From assembly GCF_964213995.1 (NCBI RefSeq), contig NC_135817.1:70866001-70930000 (forward strand): a stretch of DNA of 64,000 nt, written 5' to 3'. How positions within the stretch are numbered: the first letter of the stretch is position 1; each line of letters begins with the position of its first letter. Below are positions 40,223-52,156 of this stretch, one piece after another. Both the position numbers and the translations under genes were made by a program. The notes under the pieces are model-generated. The model was not told the origin of the DNA. It worked only from the letters and a program-made list of their open reading frames with translations, and made no database searches. The stretch comes from Mustelus asterias. Its lineage: Eukaryota.

Positions 40223-41060
40223 TTGTTTGTTCTCTATATTAATGATTTGGAGAAAGGAACAGAGTGCACTATGGCCAGGTTTGCGGATGATACAAAGATA
40301 TGCGAGAAAGCAGGTTGTAAGGAGGATATAAATAGTTTACAGAGAGATATGGACAGGTTAATTGAGTGGGCAGAAATTTGGCAAACGGAATTCAATGTGG
40401 GAAAATGTGAGATTGTTCATTTTGGAAGAAGGAATGAGAAGGTGGATTATTATTTAAATAGAGAGAGAGCACAAAGGAAGTTGGGGATCCTTGTTCGTGA
40501 AACCCAGGAAGCTAACATACAGGTACAGAAGGTAATAGGAAAGGTGTATGGAATACTGGTTTTTATTTCAAGGGGGCTGGAGTATAAAAATAAAGAGGTG
40601 TCGCTGCAACTGTCCAAAGTAATAGTGAGGCCACATTTAGAATATTGAGTACAGTTTTAGTCCCCTTATTTAAGGAAAGATATATTATAATTGGAGGCAT
40701 ATAAAGATATTAGATTCTTAGGGGGTTAAACAGGATAAATGTTGGGAGGATGTTTCTGCTCATGGGAGAGTGTAGGATCACAGGGCATAATTGCAGAATA
40801 AGGGGATGCTCACTTCAGTCAGATTTGAGGAAGAATTTATTCTCTCAAAGAGTGGTGAATCTTTGCAATTCTTTGTCCCAAGAAGCTGTGGAAACCGAGT
40901 CCTTGAACATTTTCAAAGCTAAGATTGATAGGTTTTTAATCAGTAGGAGCATTAAGATTGATACAAAGGCAGGAAAATGGACTTAGTGAGTGTTAGATCA
41001 GCCATGATCTAATAAACTAGTGCAGCAGGCTTGAAAGGCTGAATGGCCTATTCCTGTTTG
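40223..41060 (+). mobile_element. CR1 3' fragment with internal deletion
   Basis: FVLYINDL, RFADDTK, RPHLEY; sister of 24500-25400. Confidence 0.85.
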
Positions 41061-41130
41061 TAATTTGTATGGTCTTATGGACTGTATTCGCTCGTACTTT
41101 ACCAGAGATTGGACTTCAAAATAAAGACAA

Positions 41131-41231
41131 AGGGCGGAATTTTCCCGTCCCACCCGCCACGGGAATTGTAGCAAAGGACCTCGGGTGGGAATTTCTGGCC
41201 TTGGGGCAATGGCGGTCGGAAAATCCCACCC
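41131..41231. mobile_element. Short Harbinger-type MITE
   Basis: gggcggaattttcc...ggaaaatcccaccc TIRs; aaa on both flanks. Confidence 0.7.
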
Positions 41232-43559
41232 AAAATACTTTGGGAGTCTTGCAGTAAGGTCTTTTTTGAGTGAATCTCTGCTTATAGTTAAGCAACTGAA
41301 GTGAGTGAACACACCGTGAATCCTTGAGTTCATAATATCTAAGCCAGTTTTGTAAGTGTATCCATCCAGGATCCTTGCCCATGGCCAGCCTTCAGAAATT
41401 ATTGTTGTACAACTGTAATATTCCCACATTAAAATTGACGGATGGGAAATGGTGGGTGGTACACTTCAATTTCCTGATGTACGCAGTCGAGGTTTCCCAT
41501 TGGTGGTGCAGGTTCGTGAAACTAAAGATTTTCTCTTCATCATGAATCCCAAATAATTGAAAATTATTTTAAAATCTGAAACTTGGTTTTAATTTTGAAA
41601 AATGTTTAAAGCACAGTTCAGAGTTAAAATTGTGTTTCATTGTGATCTAATAATGAAATTACATCGATATGGTAATTTTCATGTCCTCTGGATATCCAAA
41701 AGTCTTTTAAAACCAATTATTTGTTTTAAGAAGAGCAGTCATCAATGTTATGCAGTATAACATGGTCCCATGAATAGTGAGTGAGTGAGTGAAGGAGTTA
41801 GTCAAGGGAGGAATTTGGTCGTGACACTGGGGGAAATCCCTTGGGTTATTTTCATGTCAACTTGAGGAGACTTTTTCTGAAGTACTTCTTCTGAAAGATG
41901 GCATCTCACTCAGTATTGCACTGAAATATCAATCTATGTCCTCAAATATTGAAGTTGGGTTTGAAGCCACAATCTTTTGCCTCAGAAATGTGAAAGATAC
42001 GAACATCCGTTAGCTGATGGGTAAATTCTGAGATGCTTTGTTGCCAGTGAGACATTTCACACGGCTAACTCATAATTTGTTCCTCTTGAGAGGCCAGACA
42101 AAACCTTTGGAGTTTTAAATCGGCCTTTGTTCAAGCTATAGCAGGGATGTCTGGCTCCACGTGGTGGCATACCAACTTCCTGAGTGATACATTGCAGCAG
42201 TAATTGTATCTTTGCTTATCTTACAAGTAATTTGCAAATACCAATCACAAGTGTACATTTGTTCTGAAGTCAATAATATCCAATTACAGCAAATAGCTCT
42301 AGTTACTTAATTTATGTCAGGTGAATATAATTAACTGGTTACAGCCTCGAAACACTTGTACAATTGTAGTATTCAATTACTAATGGCTGCACCATCTAAA
42401 CATCCACACCTGCAGACCTTGGCTGTTATGACTATTCTCCTTGTGGTTTGTCAAAGTTCCCATTCTCTTGTCCCTTGTTCGTCTTGTTAATGCAGCCCAT
42501 CTGTAACTGTGGGAACTTCACAGAGACCACATCACAGCAACTTCCCAGGAGAATTCTGCTGTACTCATTTCACAGGGGGACTTTACTGTATTCAAGGATT
42601 TTAACCCCTTCACACAGAGTTGACAGGAATCACAAAATCATGGGCGTCTTGCTTGCAATCTTCAATCATATGAAGAGGAGAAGGCCATGGTGCCCTTCAA
42701 GCCAGTTCTGCATGAATACATCTTTTATCCTCTTCCAATCAGATCTTAAAATGAGGGTCCAACTACCTGCTTGGGGGTTTAAAAGATCCCATGGCACTAT
42801 TTTGAAGCAGATAGGGTGAATTATTGCCATTGTACTGACCAATATTTATCCCTCAATCAACATCACAGAGATTTTTTCCTTTATCCGTTCATGGGATGAG
42901 GGCATCACTGGCAGCTCCAGCATTTGTTACCCATCCTTAATTGCCCTTGAACTGAGTGGCTTATTAGTCCACATTTCAGAGGGCTGTTAAGATTCAACCA
43001 TTGCTGTGGATCTGAAGACGGTGTAGGCCAGAACAGGTAAAGACGGCAGATTTCCTTCCCTATATTCATGAACCAGATGGATTTTTACAACAATCTATGA
43101 TAGTTATCATGGTCAACAGCATTAAGGCTGGCTTTTTTTAATATTCCAGATTTAGTACATAATTTGGCTGCCATGGTGGGATTTGAGCCTGCAGCCCCAG
43201 AGCAGTAGCCTTGGTCTCCAAATTACTAGTCCAGTGACCTCACCATTATGTCGCTATCTCCCCAAAAGTAACAATTACTTTATCATGATCACATAGCTGT
43301 TTGTGGATGTTTGCTGGACAGGTATTGGCTGCTACATTTCCTACATTACAACAGTAACTATGCTATGAAAGTTACTTCGTTGACTATAAAGCACTTTGAG
43401 ACGTCCACTGGTCCTGTCAAGCATTATACAAATAGAAGTCTTTTTATTTTCTTTTACTTTAGACCTGCAGACCATCAGAAGAGGCTGAGTAAATTGGGTC
43501 TGTATACTCTGTTTAGAAGAATGAGAGGTGATCTTGTTGAAACAATCACGATTCTGAAG

Positions 43560-43905
43560 ATAGAAACGTAGAAACCCGACAGTGCAGAAGGAGGCCATTC
43601 AGCCCATCGAGCCTGCACCAACCACAATGCCACCCAGGCCCTATCCCCGTAACCCCACATATTTGCCCTGCTAATCCCTCTAACCTACGTATCCCAGAAC
43701 ACGAAGGGGAAACTTATCATGGCCAATCCACCCAGCCCACACATCTTTGGACTGGGGGAGGAAACCGGAACACCCGGAGAAAACCCCCGCAGACACAGGG
43801 AGAATGTGCAAACTTCACACAGACAGTGACCCAAGCCGGGAATTGAGCTCGGGTTCCTGGAACTGTGAGGCAGCAGTGCTAACCACTGTGCCACCGTGCC
43901 GCCCC
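43560..43905 (-). mobile_element. V-SINE, CR1-like tail
   Basis: Family head, core and tail. Confidence 0.9.
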
Positions 43906-43926
43906 AGAGTAGATATTGAGATGTTA

Positions 43927-44052
43927 GGCAGGGTTTTATGACCTTGCTCATCCCGAAACCATAAAATCCCACCCGAGGTCAACGGACCTTCCCATTGTCC
44001 GCCCCTCACTGGTTCAGATTCCCATGGCGGGCAGGATGGTAAAATTCCAGCC
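43927..44052. mobile_element. Short Harbinger-type MITE
   Basis: ggcagggtttta...gtaaaattccagcc; reverse-orientation relative of 57332-57457. Confidence 0.65.
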
Positions 44053-44094
44053 ATTGTCTCCCTGGTTGGGGAATCTGGATCAAGGGGCCAGGAA

Positions 44095-44367
44095 AGTAAA
44101 GTTTATTTATTCGTCACAATTAAGGCTTACATTAACACTGCAATGAAGTTACTGTGAAATTCCCCTAGTCGCCACACTCCGATGCCTGTTCGGGTCAATG
44201 CACCTAACCAGCATGTCTCTCAGACTGTGGGAGGAAACCGGAGCACCCGGAGGAAACCCACGCAGACACGGGGAGGACGTGCAAACTCCACACAGACAGT
44301 GACCCAAGCTGGGAATCGAACCTGGGTCCCTGGCGCTGTGAGGCAGCAGTGCTAACCACTGTGCCGC
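44095..44367 (-). mobile_element. V-SINE, alternative tail
   Basis: Family head, core and tail. Confidence 0.9.
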
Positions 44368-46011
44368 TGTGTTTATTTCATAGGTTTGAATTTTCCTTGT
44401 CACTGGGACTCCTGTCAAATCAGTGACAGGTCAGGTTTGGCACGCACCTACCCTCACTCTAGCCTGACCACAACAAATCCTCCAATGATAATAACTGTGG
44501 TGCCCTTACAGTGGTACCTCAGGTCTTAGGGGGCAGAGGGAAAGGAAATATTTGCTGCACTTGCAGTGGTGTACTGTGACCGGCAGTACTAACTGACGCA
44601 ACAAAGTTAATTGGCGTGCTGCAATTGATCACTGTACAGCCAATTGCATTGGTCTGTGTTACCCTCTCAGTTTTAAATCCTCCAGCCTTAGTAACACTGG
44701 ACACCGGGAACAGGAAATATGTTAGTTGATGTTTTTCCATTATTGGCATTTAATATTAATATGCCCAACTAAATTTAGTTTCAACTTCTTGGTAGAAATA
44801 TGCCAGAGATTATAGTAGAAGCTAAGGCATTCACTGAGGAGCTGCATCTCCTGCACTCGCGTGCCAATATACCACCCAAAAATGGATGAAAAAGAAATCA
44901 GAGCAATAATTTCTAGCCTGTGACATCTTGGTCTATCAGAGTGTGATTTGTCCACCAGTCAGATAAATCTGTAGACTCTGCATCCGACGTCAATACTGAT
45001 GCAAAATGGGTTTATTTTTCATCCTGTGCACCTTACCTTGTAGATTATGTTTGACATCGCTCTTTGGTCCATGGGTTGATTTGCCTGTGGAAGCAAATAG
45101 TCTTCAATGGCATTTAGATACACTATTTGAAGTGTAACTGAATAATAACAGGAGGCCCTGATATCCAATAATATTCATACAGTACTGTTATTAAAGCGTA
45201 AAGCCTCCTCAGACATTTCACAATTGTAGGTCAGAGGTAAGCAGGAGTAGGATAGAATTCAGGGAATTGACTCAAGGCATTATCAAATGATAGGCGTTTG
45301 TGCGAAGGTAGCTTTTGAAAATGGAAACCAATGTTACAAAGCAGGGGGATTTAGCAAGAGGGTTCCAGAGGACAATCCAGCCACAGTAGGACAGAAGGTG
45401 GAGGTAGGGCGAGAGGATGTTAAATAGGAAGACACAGGACTATAAAAGGAATTGTAAAAGAGGATGTGGACACTGAAGTCAATGGACTGAAGAATAGGAA
45501 GCCAATGGAAGTTGACAATCCTAGAGGTAATGGATGAATGGAATCAGTGCAAGTAAGTTTGGAAGAAGCTTGTTCAATTTGAGTTGGAGCCAAAGGCAAT
45601 TGCAAATCACTTAAATATATTGAACTCCATTTAACCATAAGAATGTGTAATAAATATCAACAGGCAGCAACCTAATGGTATTGATCTTTGCTTCTATATT
45701 CTCCCAGTAACTAGTGCACATGGAACATTAGCTCAGATTAAAATAGTTGACAAATGGAGTGAGTAAGATCATTGCAAGCTATTTTCATTGCCTTCAAATC
45801 TATTTTTTTCTTGTTGACAACTCATAGATATTAGGACCTGAAAAGAAATCCACTTGTTTTTCAATCTTGCTCCTATCCTCTTAGCCGTTGGTGCACTCAA
45901 GAAATGATTTTTAAGTCAGACGTAATATTGCTGTAGTTCAGATTAATAGCCACCAGGTGACATGCTTATGCTTTGAGCCAATATATTCTATGTTTTCCCA
46001 ACTTCTCTTTT

Positions 46012-46298
46012 TAAAGTTTATTTGTTAGTGTCACAAGTAGGCTTACATTAACACTGCAATGAAGTTACTGTGAAAATCCCCTAGTCGCCACACACTGAGG
46101 GAGAATTTAGCATGGCCATTGCACCTAACTAGCTTGCCTTTCAGACTGTGGGAGAAAACCAGAGCACCCGGAGGAAACCCACGCAGACATGGGGAGAACG
46201 AAAAAACTCTGCACAGAAAGTGTTCCAAGCCGGGAATCGAACCCAGGTCCCTATTGCTGTGAGGCAGCAGTGCTAACCATTGTGCCACCATGCCGCCC
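46012..46298 (-). mobile_element. V-SINE, alternative tail
   Basis: Family head, core and tail. Confidence 0.88.
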
Positions 46299-46434
46299 AA
46301 TGTGTGTGCAGAGTTATAGATGGTGTTGTACAGATGATCCCACTTCGACACCTCAGTCCGACCTTGGGGTTTGTTGTACAAAGAGCCTGATCAAGGATAT
46401 TGAGGAACTCCTGGGTCATTACTGAAACATCAAG

Positions 46435-46531
46435 GCCCTGATTTTACCGGCCACCCGAGGCTTGTAAGATTGCCCCCGAGGCCAACAGGGTGTGCCGTTC
46501 TCAGGGCGGACGTGCCGGTAAAATCAGGACC
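46435..46531. mobile_element. Short Harbinger-type MITE
   Basis: ggccctgattttaccggc...gccggtaaaatcaggacc; TSD caa. Confidence 0.75.
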
Positions 46532-47064
46532 CAAGTGTTGATCTGAGAACAAACTTTCTTCTTGGAGTGGTATAGTTTCCTTGGCTGAAACCTGACCTTG
46601 CTACAAGCCAGAGAGTGATCAGTATCACGGTCAGCACTGTAATAGCTGTGGGTGATGAGAACACTGTTGATGGTGAGATCTAGCTGCTACAGCTTGGTTT
46701 AGAAGTAGCTGTCTATCACACAGAGCCTTTGGTAACAGTATATCTCCCAACGATTTCTGTCCATTTTCATTCGTCTTGTCAATTCCCTGGTGCCCTATGC
46801 ACGTTGGCCAAGCTGTGTAGTCAGTACCCAATGATGTTGGGTACTGAGAAAATACCATTGAGCCTATCCAGTGCAGCAAGAAGAGGCCTGGAGTGGTGGT
46901 ATTGTCACTGGGCTAGTAAACCAGGACAATGCTCCGGGGACCCCTAGTTCACATTTGAATTCAATAAAAATCTGGCATTAAGAAAATCATCTGGTTCACG
47001 AAAGTACTTTAGAAAAGGAAATCTGCCATCCTTACCTGGTCTGACCTATGTGTGACTGCAGACC

Positions 47065-47627
47065 CAGCAATGCTCTACTTTCTCAGAAGACTAAGGAAAT
47101 TTGGCATGGCAGCTACGACTCTCTCCAACTTTTACAGATGCACCATAGAAATCATTCTTTCTGGTTGTATCACAGCTTGGTATGGTTCCTGCTCTGCCCT
47201 AGACCGCAAGGTCATGAATGTAGCCCAGTCCATCACGCATACCAGCCTCCCATTCATTGACTCTGTCTACACTTCCCGCTGCCTCGGCAAAGTAGCCAGC
47301 ATAATTAAGGACCCCACACACCCCAGACATTCTCTCTTCCACCTTCTTCCATCGGAAAAAAGGTACAAAAGTCTGAGGTCACGTACCAACCAACTCAAGA
47401 ACAGCTTCTTCCCTGCTGCTGTCAGACTTTTGAATGAACTTACCTTGCATTAAGTTGATCTTTCTCTACACCCTAGCTAGCTATGACTGTAACACTACCT
47501 TCTGCACTCTCTTGTTTCCTTCTCTATGAATGGTATGCTTTGTCTGTATAACGCGCAGGAAAGAATACTTTTCACTGTATGTTAATACATGTGACAATAA
47601 TAAATCAAATCAAATCAAATCAAATCA
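47065..47627 (+). mobile_element. Rex1/Babar 3' part
   Basis: LYFLRRLRKFGM...FYRCTIEIILSGCITAWYG; (TCAAA)n tail. Confidence 0.88.
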
Positions 47628-48566
47628 ATGTGGTTGACTCGTAATTGCCATCTGAAATGGCATTTTATTTATAGATAGACAATAAATGCTGGCCCAATCA
47701 GAGACACCCAATCCCATGAACGAATAAAAAAATGTTTAATATATGTAGGGATAAGCAAACATCAGACTGAGATAAACTAGATCACATTTAAATATTTCCT
47801 TATTATAATGCATGGTCCAATTTTGGTTCCTTCAGATTATCTGTTCATTTGTACCCCCACATTATTTAACTTAGATTCCACTTCAACTCATGTTGCTTGT
47901 GAGCGTGACCTCAAGAAGCTAAAACTTCTTAAAACCTCCACTTCATATGCAGGAATGCAAAAACAAATGAAGAGTCCTGCTTAACCAGGAAAACTGGCTC
48001 CTGTCAAAAAAGAAACTGAAGTGTTTTCAATTCATCGCCATGGGGCAAATGCTAGAGATGGATGGAAAATAATGGGCTAGAGTTATGTGATTTTTTTGAA
48101 ACAATGTTCTGATGGTGTGCATCAGGAATGCCAGAAACAGAATTTGTCACCTTTTTCACTGTACATTGTGGCAGCCTCCTGGTGTCTAAAACCTGAAAAG
48201 CGAAACTAAATGCTCAAGAACCTGATTTTCTTGGGTGTGTCAGTGTCAAGGTGCAATGAGATACAAATATGTCAAATATCTCACCAAACTAGTGTGTAAA
48301 GAAAGCTCTGCCCTCAACAGTGTGAATTTGCTTCCATTTCTCTGCGCATTCGTCAAACTTCATGGTACAAGTCTGGTGTTCTTTACAATTTAAGATGTAG
48401 CAACTAAAACACAAAAATGCGCTTTTTCAAACCTTCAGCCCATAACACCAATATCGGCATAAATATAAGTGCAATTAGTGTTGGGTAAGGTTAAGTTTTG
48501 AGAGCTGAATGACCAAGACTCAGGCTCTGGGGCAGCAGCTGGTAGCTCAGGGTATCTCTGCAGTCA

Positions 48567-49041
48567 TGATGTGGAGATGCCGGCGTTGGACTGGGGTGAA
48601 CACAGTAAGTAGTCTCACAACATCAGGTTAAAGTCCAACAGGTTTATTTGGCAGCACAAGCTTTTGGAGTCTTGCTCCTTCTTCAGGTGAGTGAGGAGTT
48701 GTGTTCACAAACATGGCATATACAGACACAAACTCAATTTGCAAGATAATGGTTGGAATTTGAGTCTTTACAGGCAATCAAGTCTTAAAGGTACTGACAA
48801 TGTGAGTGGAGAGAGAGCTAAGCACAGGTTAAAGAGATGTGTATTGTCTTCAGCCAGGACAGTTAGTGAGAATTTGCAAGCCCAGGCAAGTCGTGGGGTT
48901 CAATCGGGATCTTGGGTTCATGTCACACTATCTGTAACCCCTACGACTTGCCTGGGCTTGCAAAATCTCACTAACTTGCCTGGGCTTGCAAAATCTCACT
49001 AACTTGCCTGGGCTTGCAAAATCTCACTAACTGTCCTGGCT
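48567..49041. mobile_element. Penelope-like element terminal fragment with internal inversion and 28-bp triplication
   Basis: Same terminus as 51926-52156; 48852-48900 is inverted at about 48936-49041; acttgcctgggcttgcaaaatctcacta x3. Confidence 0.65.
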
Positions 49042-49201
49042 GTTAATTAGATGTGGCTGTTCATTAAACGTTGAGAACGGGGCACCCTTCCGATCCCAGA
49101 ACCCCAGTGTTGCTGGTGCGTTTAGGCCCCGCCCCTCCAGCTGGCTGTGTGATCCTCGCCAACGTTTTGAAATTGCACAGAGTGCTGTTAAATCAGGCAA
49201 A

Positions 49202-49474
49202 GTAAAGTTTATTTATTTGTCACAAGTAAGGCTTACATTAACACTGTAATGAAGTTACTGTGAAATTCCCCTAGTCGCCACAGCCCGGCACCTGTTTGGG
49301 TTAATGCACCTAACCAGCAGAATGTGGGAGGAAACCGGAGCACCCGGAGGAAACCCACGCAGACACGGGGAGAATGTGCAGACTCCACACAGACAGTGAC
49401 CCAAGCCAGGAATCGAACCCGGGTCCCTGGCGCTGTGAGGCAGCAGCGCTAACCACTGTGCCACCGTGCCGCCC
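49202..49474 (-). mobile_element. V-SINE, alternative tail
   Basis: Family head, core and tail. Confidence 0.9.
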
Positions 49475-49710
49475 CATCAGCAGAGTAGAAAAGGCAGCTG
49501 TGGTTTCACACAGATTTTCTCACCTGATCCAGCACTCCAGGCAATTCTGGGAAAACTGCACCCATTGTGAAGCACCTTGGAACATTTCTTAATGTTATGG
49601 GTGTAAGTTGGCGTTTTAAATCATACTTTTATAACACACTAGCTAAGTATTTATTCTCTTATCAAATTTAGTGATTTCTGTTCTTATATCTTCAGGATGA
49701 GACAAATGAA

Positions 49711-49774
49711 ATGATGCCTCTGGGAACACAAACAGTCAAACTTTGTGTTTTGCTTTACTTCTTTCTCACTGCAG
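49711..49774 (+). CDS. Signal-peptide exon of VJ-C1 IgSF receptor (CD28H/TMIGD2-like V domain)
   Basis: ATG at 49711 gives MMPLGTQTVKLCVLLYFFLTA (hydrophobic core), ending GCAG|gtaag (phase 1). A pyrimidine-rich acceptor ttcttatatcttcag ending at 49695 implies a further upstream exon. Confidence 0.8.
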
Positions 49775-50343
49775 GTAAGACTTAATTCAAGTCTAACATC
49801 ATGAAAGACTGCAGTAATTATTAATTGCAAGGGGAGAACAAAGAAAATAGAGATGTTTCCCTGCTATACCAACCAATGGAAATATTCCTTACTTTAACTT
49901 TCCAAGTCAAAGCATAGAAATAGGTTCTACCACTTTTATTAATCATAATATAGTTTTAAAAATATACCCATAATCTCCGTAATATTCACATCTCTAATTT
50001 CTTCTTTGCTCCTTGGTGCATGGAACCTCCTTAAAAGTTACCTGTTGATCACCAACATATTCTTCCTCTATCCATTGCTCAAATGTCTGCTTATTTTCAT
50101 TTTCATGATGTGCTTTGGGGTATTTTATTACACGGGTATTAGAGTGGGAGTTGTTATTGTTCCTCGGAATGAGTTGTTGAACCCTATATGGAATCCTAAC
50201 TCAGCATTGTTCAAATTCTGCCACATATATGCCAAGTAAAATCCTATGCTTTGCCTCACCTGCATTTTTACATCCACCACGTGAGAGAGAGGTGGTTTCT
50301 CCATTAATTACCAATGACACTTGTGGTATGGCCCATTTTTATG

Positions 50344-50604
50344 TAAAGTTTATTTATTAGTCACAAGTAGGCTTATAGTCACACTGCAATGAAGTTACTG
50401 TGAAAATCCCCAAATCGCCACACTCCGACGCCTGTTCGGGTACACTGAGGGAGAATTTAGCATGGCTGATGCTAAATTCTGTGGGAGGAAACCGGAGCAC
50501 CCGGAGGAAACCCACGCAGACACAGGGAGAATGTGCAAACTCCACACAAGCTGGGAATCGAACCCTGATCCCTGTGAGGCAGCAGTGCTAACCACTGTGC
50601 CACC
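50344..50604 (-). mobile_element. V-SINE, alternative tail (leader-V intron)
   Basis: Family head, core and tail. Confidence 0.88.
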
Positions 50605-50952
50605 CTATGTGATATCATGTGGAATCAGTGCAAAGGGAAGGCAGAGAGCAAAAATTGCAAAGAGAAAAACACGAAACTATGAGCTGAGAACAAGAACAGA
50701 TTTTTTTTTTTAAATAGGCAAGGGTATAAGCAATTATATGAAGAAAGGAGGTCAATAAAGGATAGAATTTTAGAAATGGATTTACACAGATTTCATTTAA
50801 CAGATCGGTGCTGGAAGGTATTAAATCATCAATATCTTCTTTTCATGGGGGAAATGATTCACATTGATCTTTCGATTTATTCAATTCATTGAATTACAGA
50901 CTGCTAACTGAGTTGTACATCCAGCACAGAATTGCATTCATTATTGCATTCA

Positions 50953-51264
50953 GGGTGGCACAGTGGTTAGCACTGCTGCTTCACAGTGCCAGGGACCTGG
51001 GTTCAATTCCCGGCTTGGGTCACTGTCTGTGTGGAGTTTGCACTTTCTCCCCGTGTCTGTGTGGGTTTCCTCCGGGTGTACCAGTTTCCTCCCACAGTCC
51101 AAAGACGTGCAGGTTAGGTTGATTGGCCATGCTAAATTGACCCTTTGTGTCAGGGGGACTACGAGGGTAAATATACGAGGTTATGGGGATAGGACCTGGG
51201 TGGCATTGTTGTGGGTGCAGGCTCGATGGGCCAAATGGCCTCCTACTGCACTGTAGATTCTGTG
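50953..51264 (+). mobile_element. V-SINE, CR1-like tail (leader-V intron)
   Basis: Ends about 50 bp upstream of the V-exon acceptor. Confidence 0.9.
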
Positions 51265-51314
51265 ATTGCAAATAGAAGATTGTGTATTATTTATCCTTTT
51301 TGTACTTTCTGCAG

Positions 51315-51674
51315 TGGGAGGCAAAAACCTGTCTGTCTTCCAAACACCGTCAGAGATCAGAGTGTTGAAGGGGGGCACTGCACGAATAAATTGTTCATAC
51401 AGCAATACAGTTGAACAATGGAGGATTATGTGGAAACGAAACACAAGCGCAAAACCATTATGTCAACGAATTGAAAATGCAAAGAATTCCACGTCTATCG
51501 TCCATTGCACAAAACGTAACTACATTACAGACGCCCCCTCAGCAAAATCCTCATCCTTAATAATCACTGATCTTCATTTCAATGACTCCGACATTTATTC
51601 TTGTGAAGTTGCCTATGAGATACCTCCCCCTCAACAGATGGAAAAAGGAAAAGGCACAAGTATCACAGTGGAAG
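51315..51674 (+). CDS. V-set (VJ-type) Ig domain exon
   Basis: Acceptor ctttctgcag|, donor GAAG|gtgagt, 360 nt, phase 1-1. LSVFQTP...RINC...IMWKR...DSDIYSC...GKGTSITVE: B- and F-strand Cys, C-strand Trp, DxxxYxC and J-like GxGT. Confidence 0.93.
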
Positions 51675-51925
51675 GTGAGTTTCACATCCACAACTCATTT
51701 ATCACTCTTCTGATTTTAATGCTTTATGTTTATCTCTATATTATAGGTAGAGAATTAGGGGGAAAAATCTCAAATAGCAACTTGCATTTATACAGCCCCT
51801 TTAACATAGTTAAACATCTCACGGTGCAGCACAGGAGCAGGTTCAAACAAAATTTGGCACCAAGTCACATAAGAGCAATTACTTGGTCCAAAAGTAGGTT
51901 TTAAGGACTGTCTAAAAGGAGGAGA

Positions 51926-52156
51926 CACAGTAAGAAGTTTAACAACACCAGGTTAAAGTCCAACAGGTTTATTTGGTAGCAAAAGCCACACAAGCTTTCG
52001 GAGCTGCAAGCCCCTTCTTCAGCACCTGAAGAAGGGGCTTGCAGCTCCGAAGGCTTGTGTGGCTTTTGCTACCAAATAAACCTGTTGGACTTTAACCTGG
52101 TGTTGTTAAACTTCTTACTGTGTTCACCCCAGTCCAACGCCGGCATCTCCACATCA
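51926..52156. mobile_element. Penelope-like foldback insertion
   Basis: 98-nt inverted arms 51925-52022 / 52026-52123 with one mismatch and a 3-nt loop; 13-bp TSD taaaaggaggaga (51913-51925, 52157-52169). Confidence 0.8.

Noticed and set aside
44519-44749. Minus-strand ORF with acceptor-like start
   Set aside because: No recognisable domain, in-frame stop, no partner exons found.
48945-49031. Short direct repeats as a CRISPR-like array
   Set aside because: Head-to-tail 28-bp triplication without spacers in eukaryotic repeat DNA.
51664-51702. Perfect RSS heptamer CACAGTG at the end of the V exon
   Set aside because: It lies in coding sequence after the J-like strand and has no ACAAAAACC-like nonamer at 12 or 23 bp; no sign of V(D)J rearrangement.
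51266-51904. 212-aa single-exon ORF with apparent signal peptide and TM
   Set aside because: The N-terminal hydrophobic part is the polypyrimidine tract and the C-terminal part is intron read-through past a strong GT donor; the spliced model is better.
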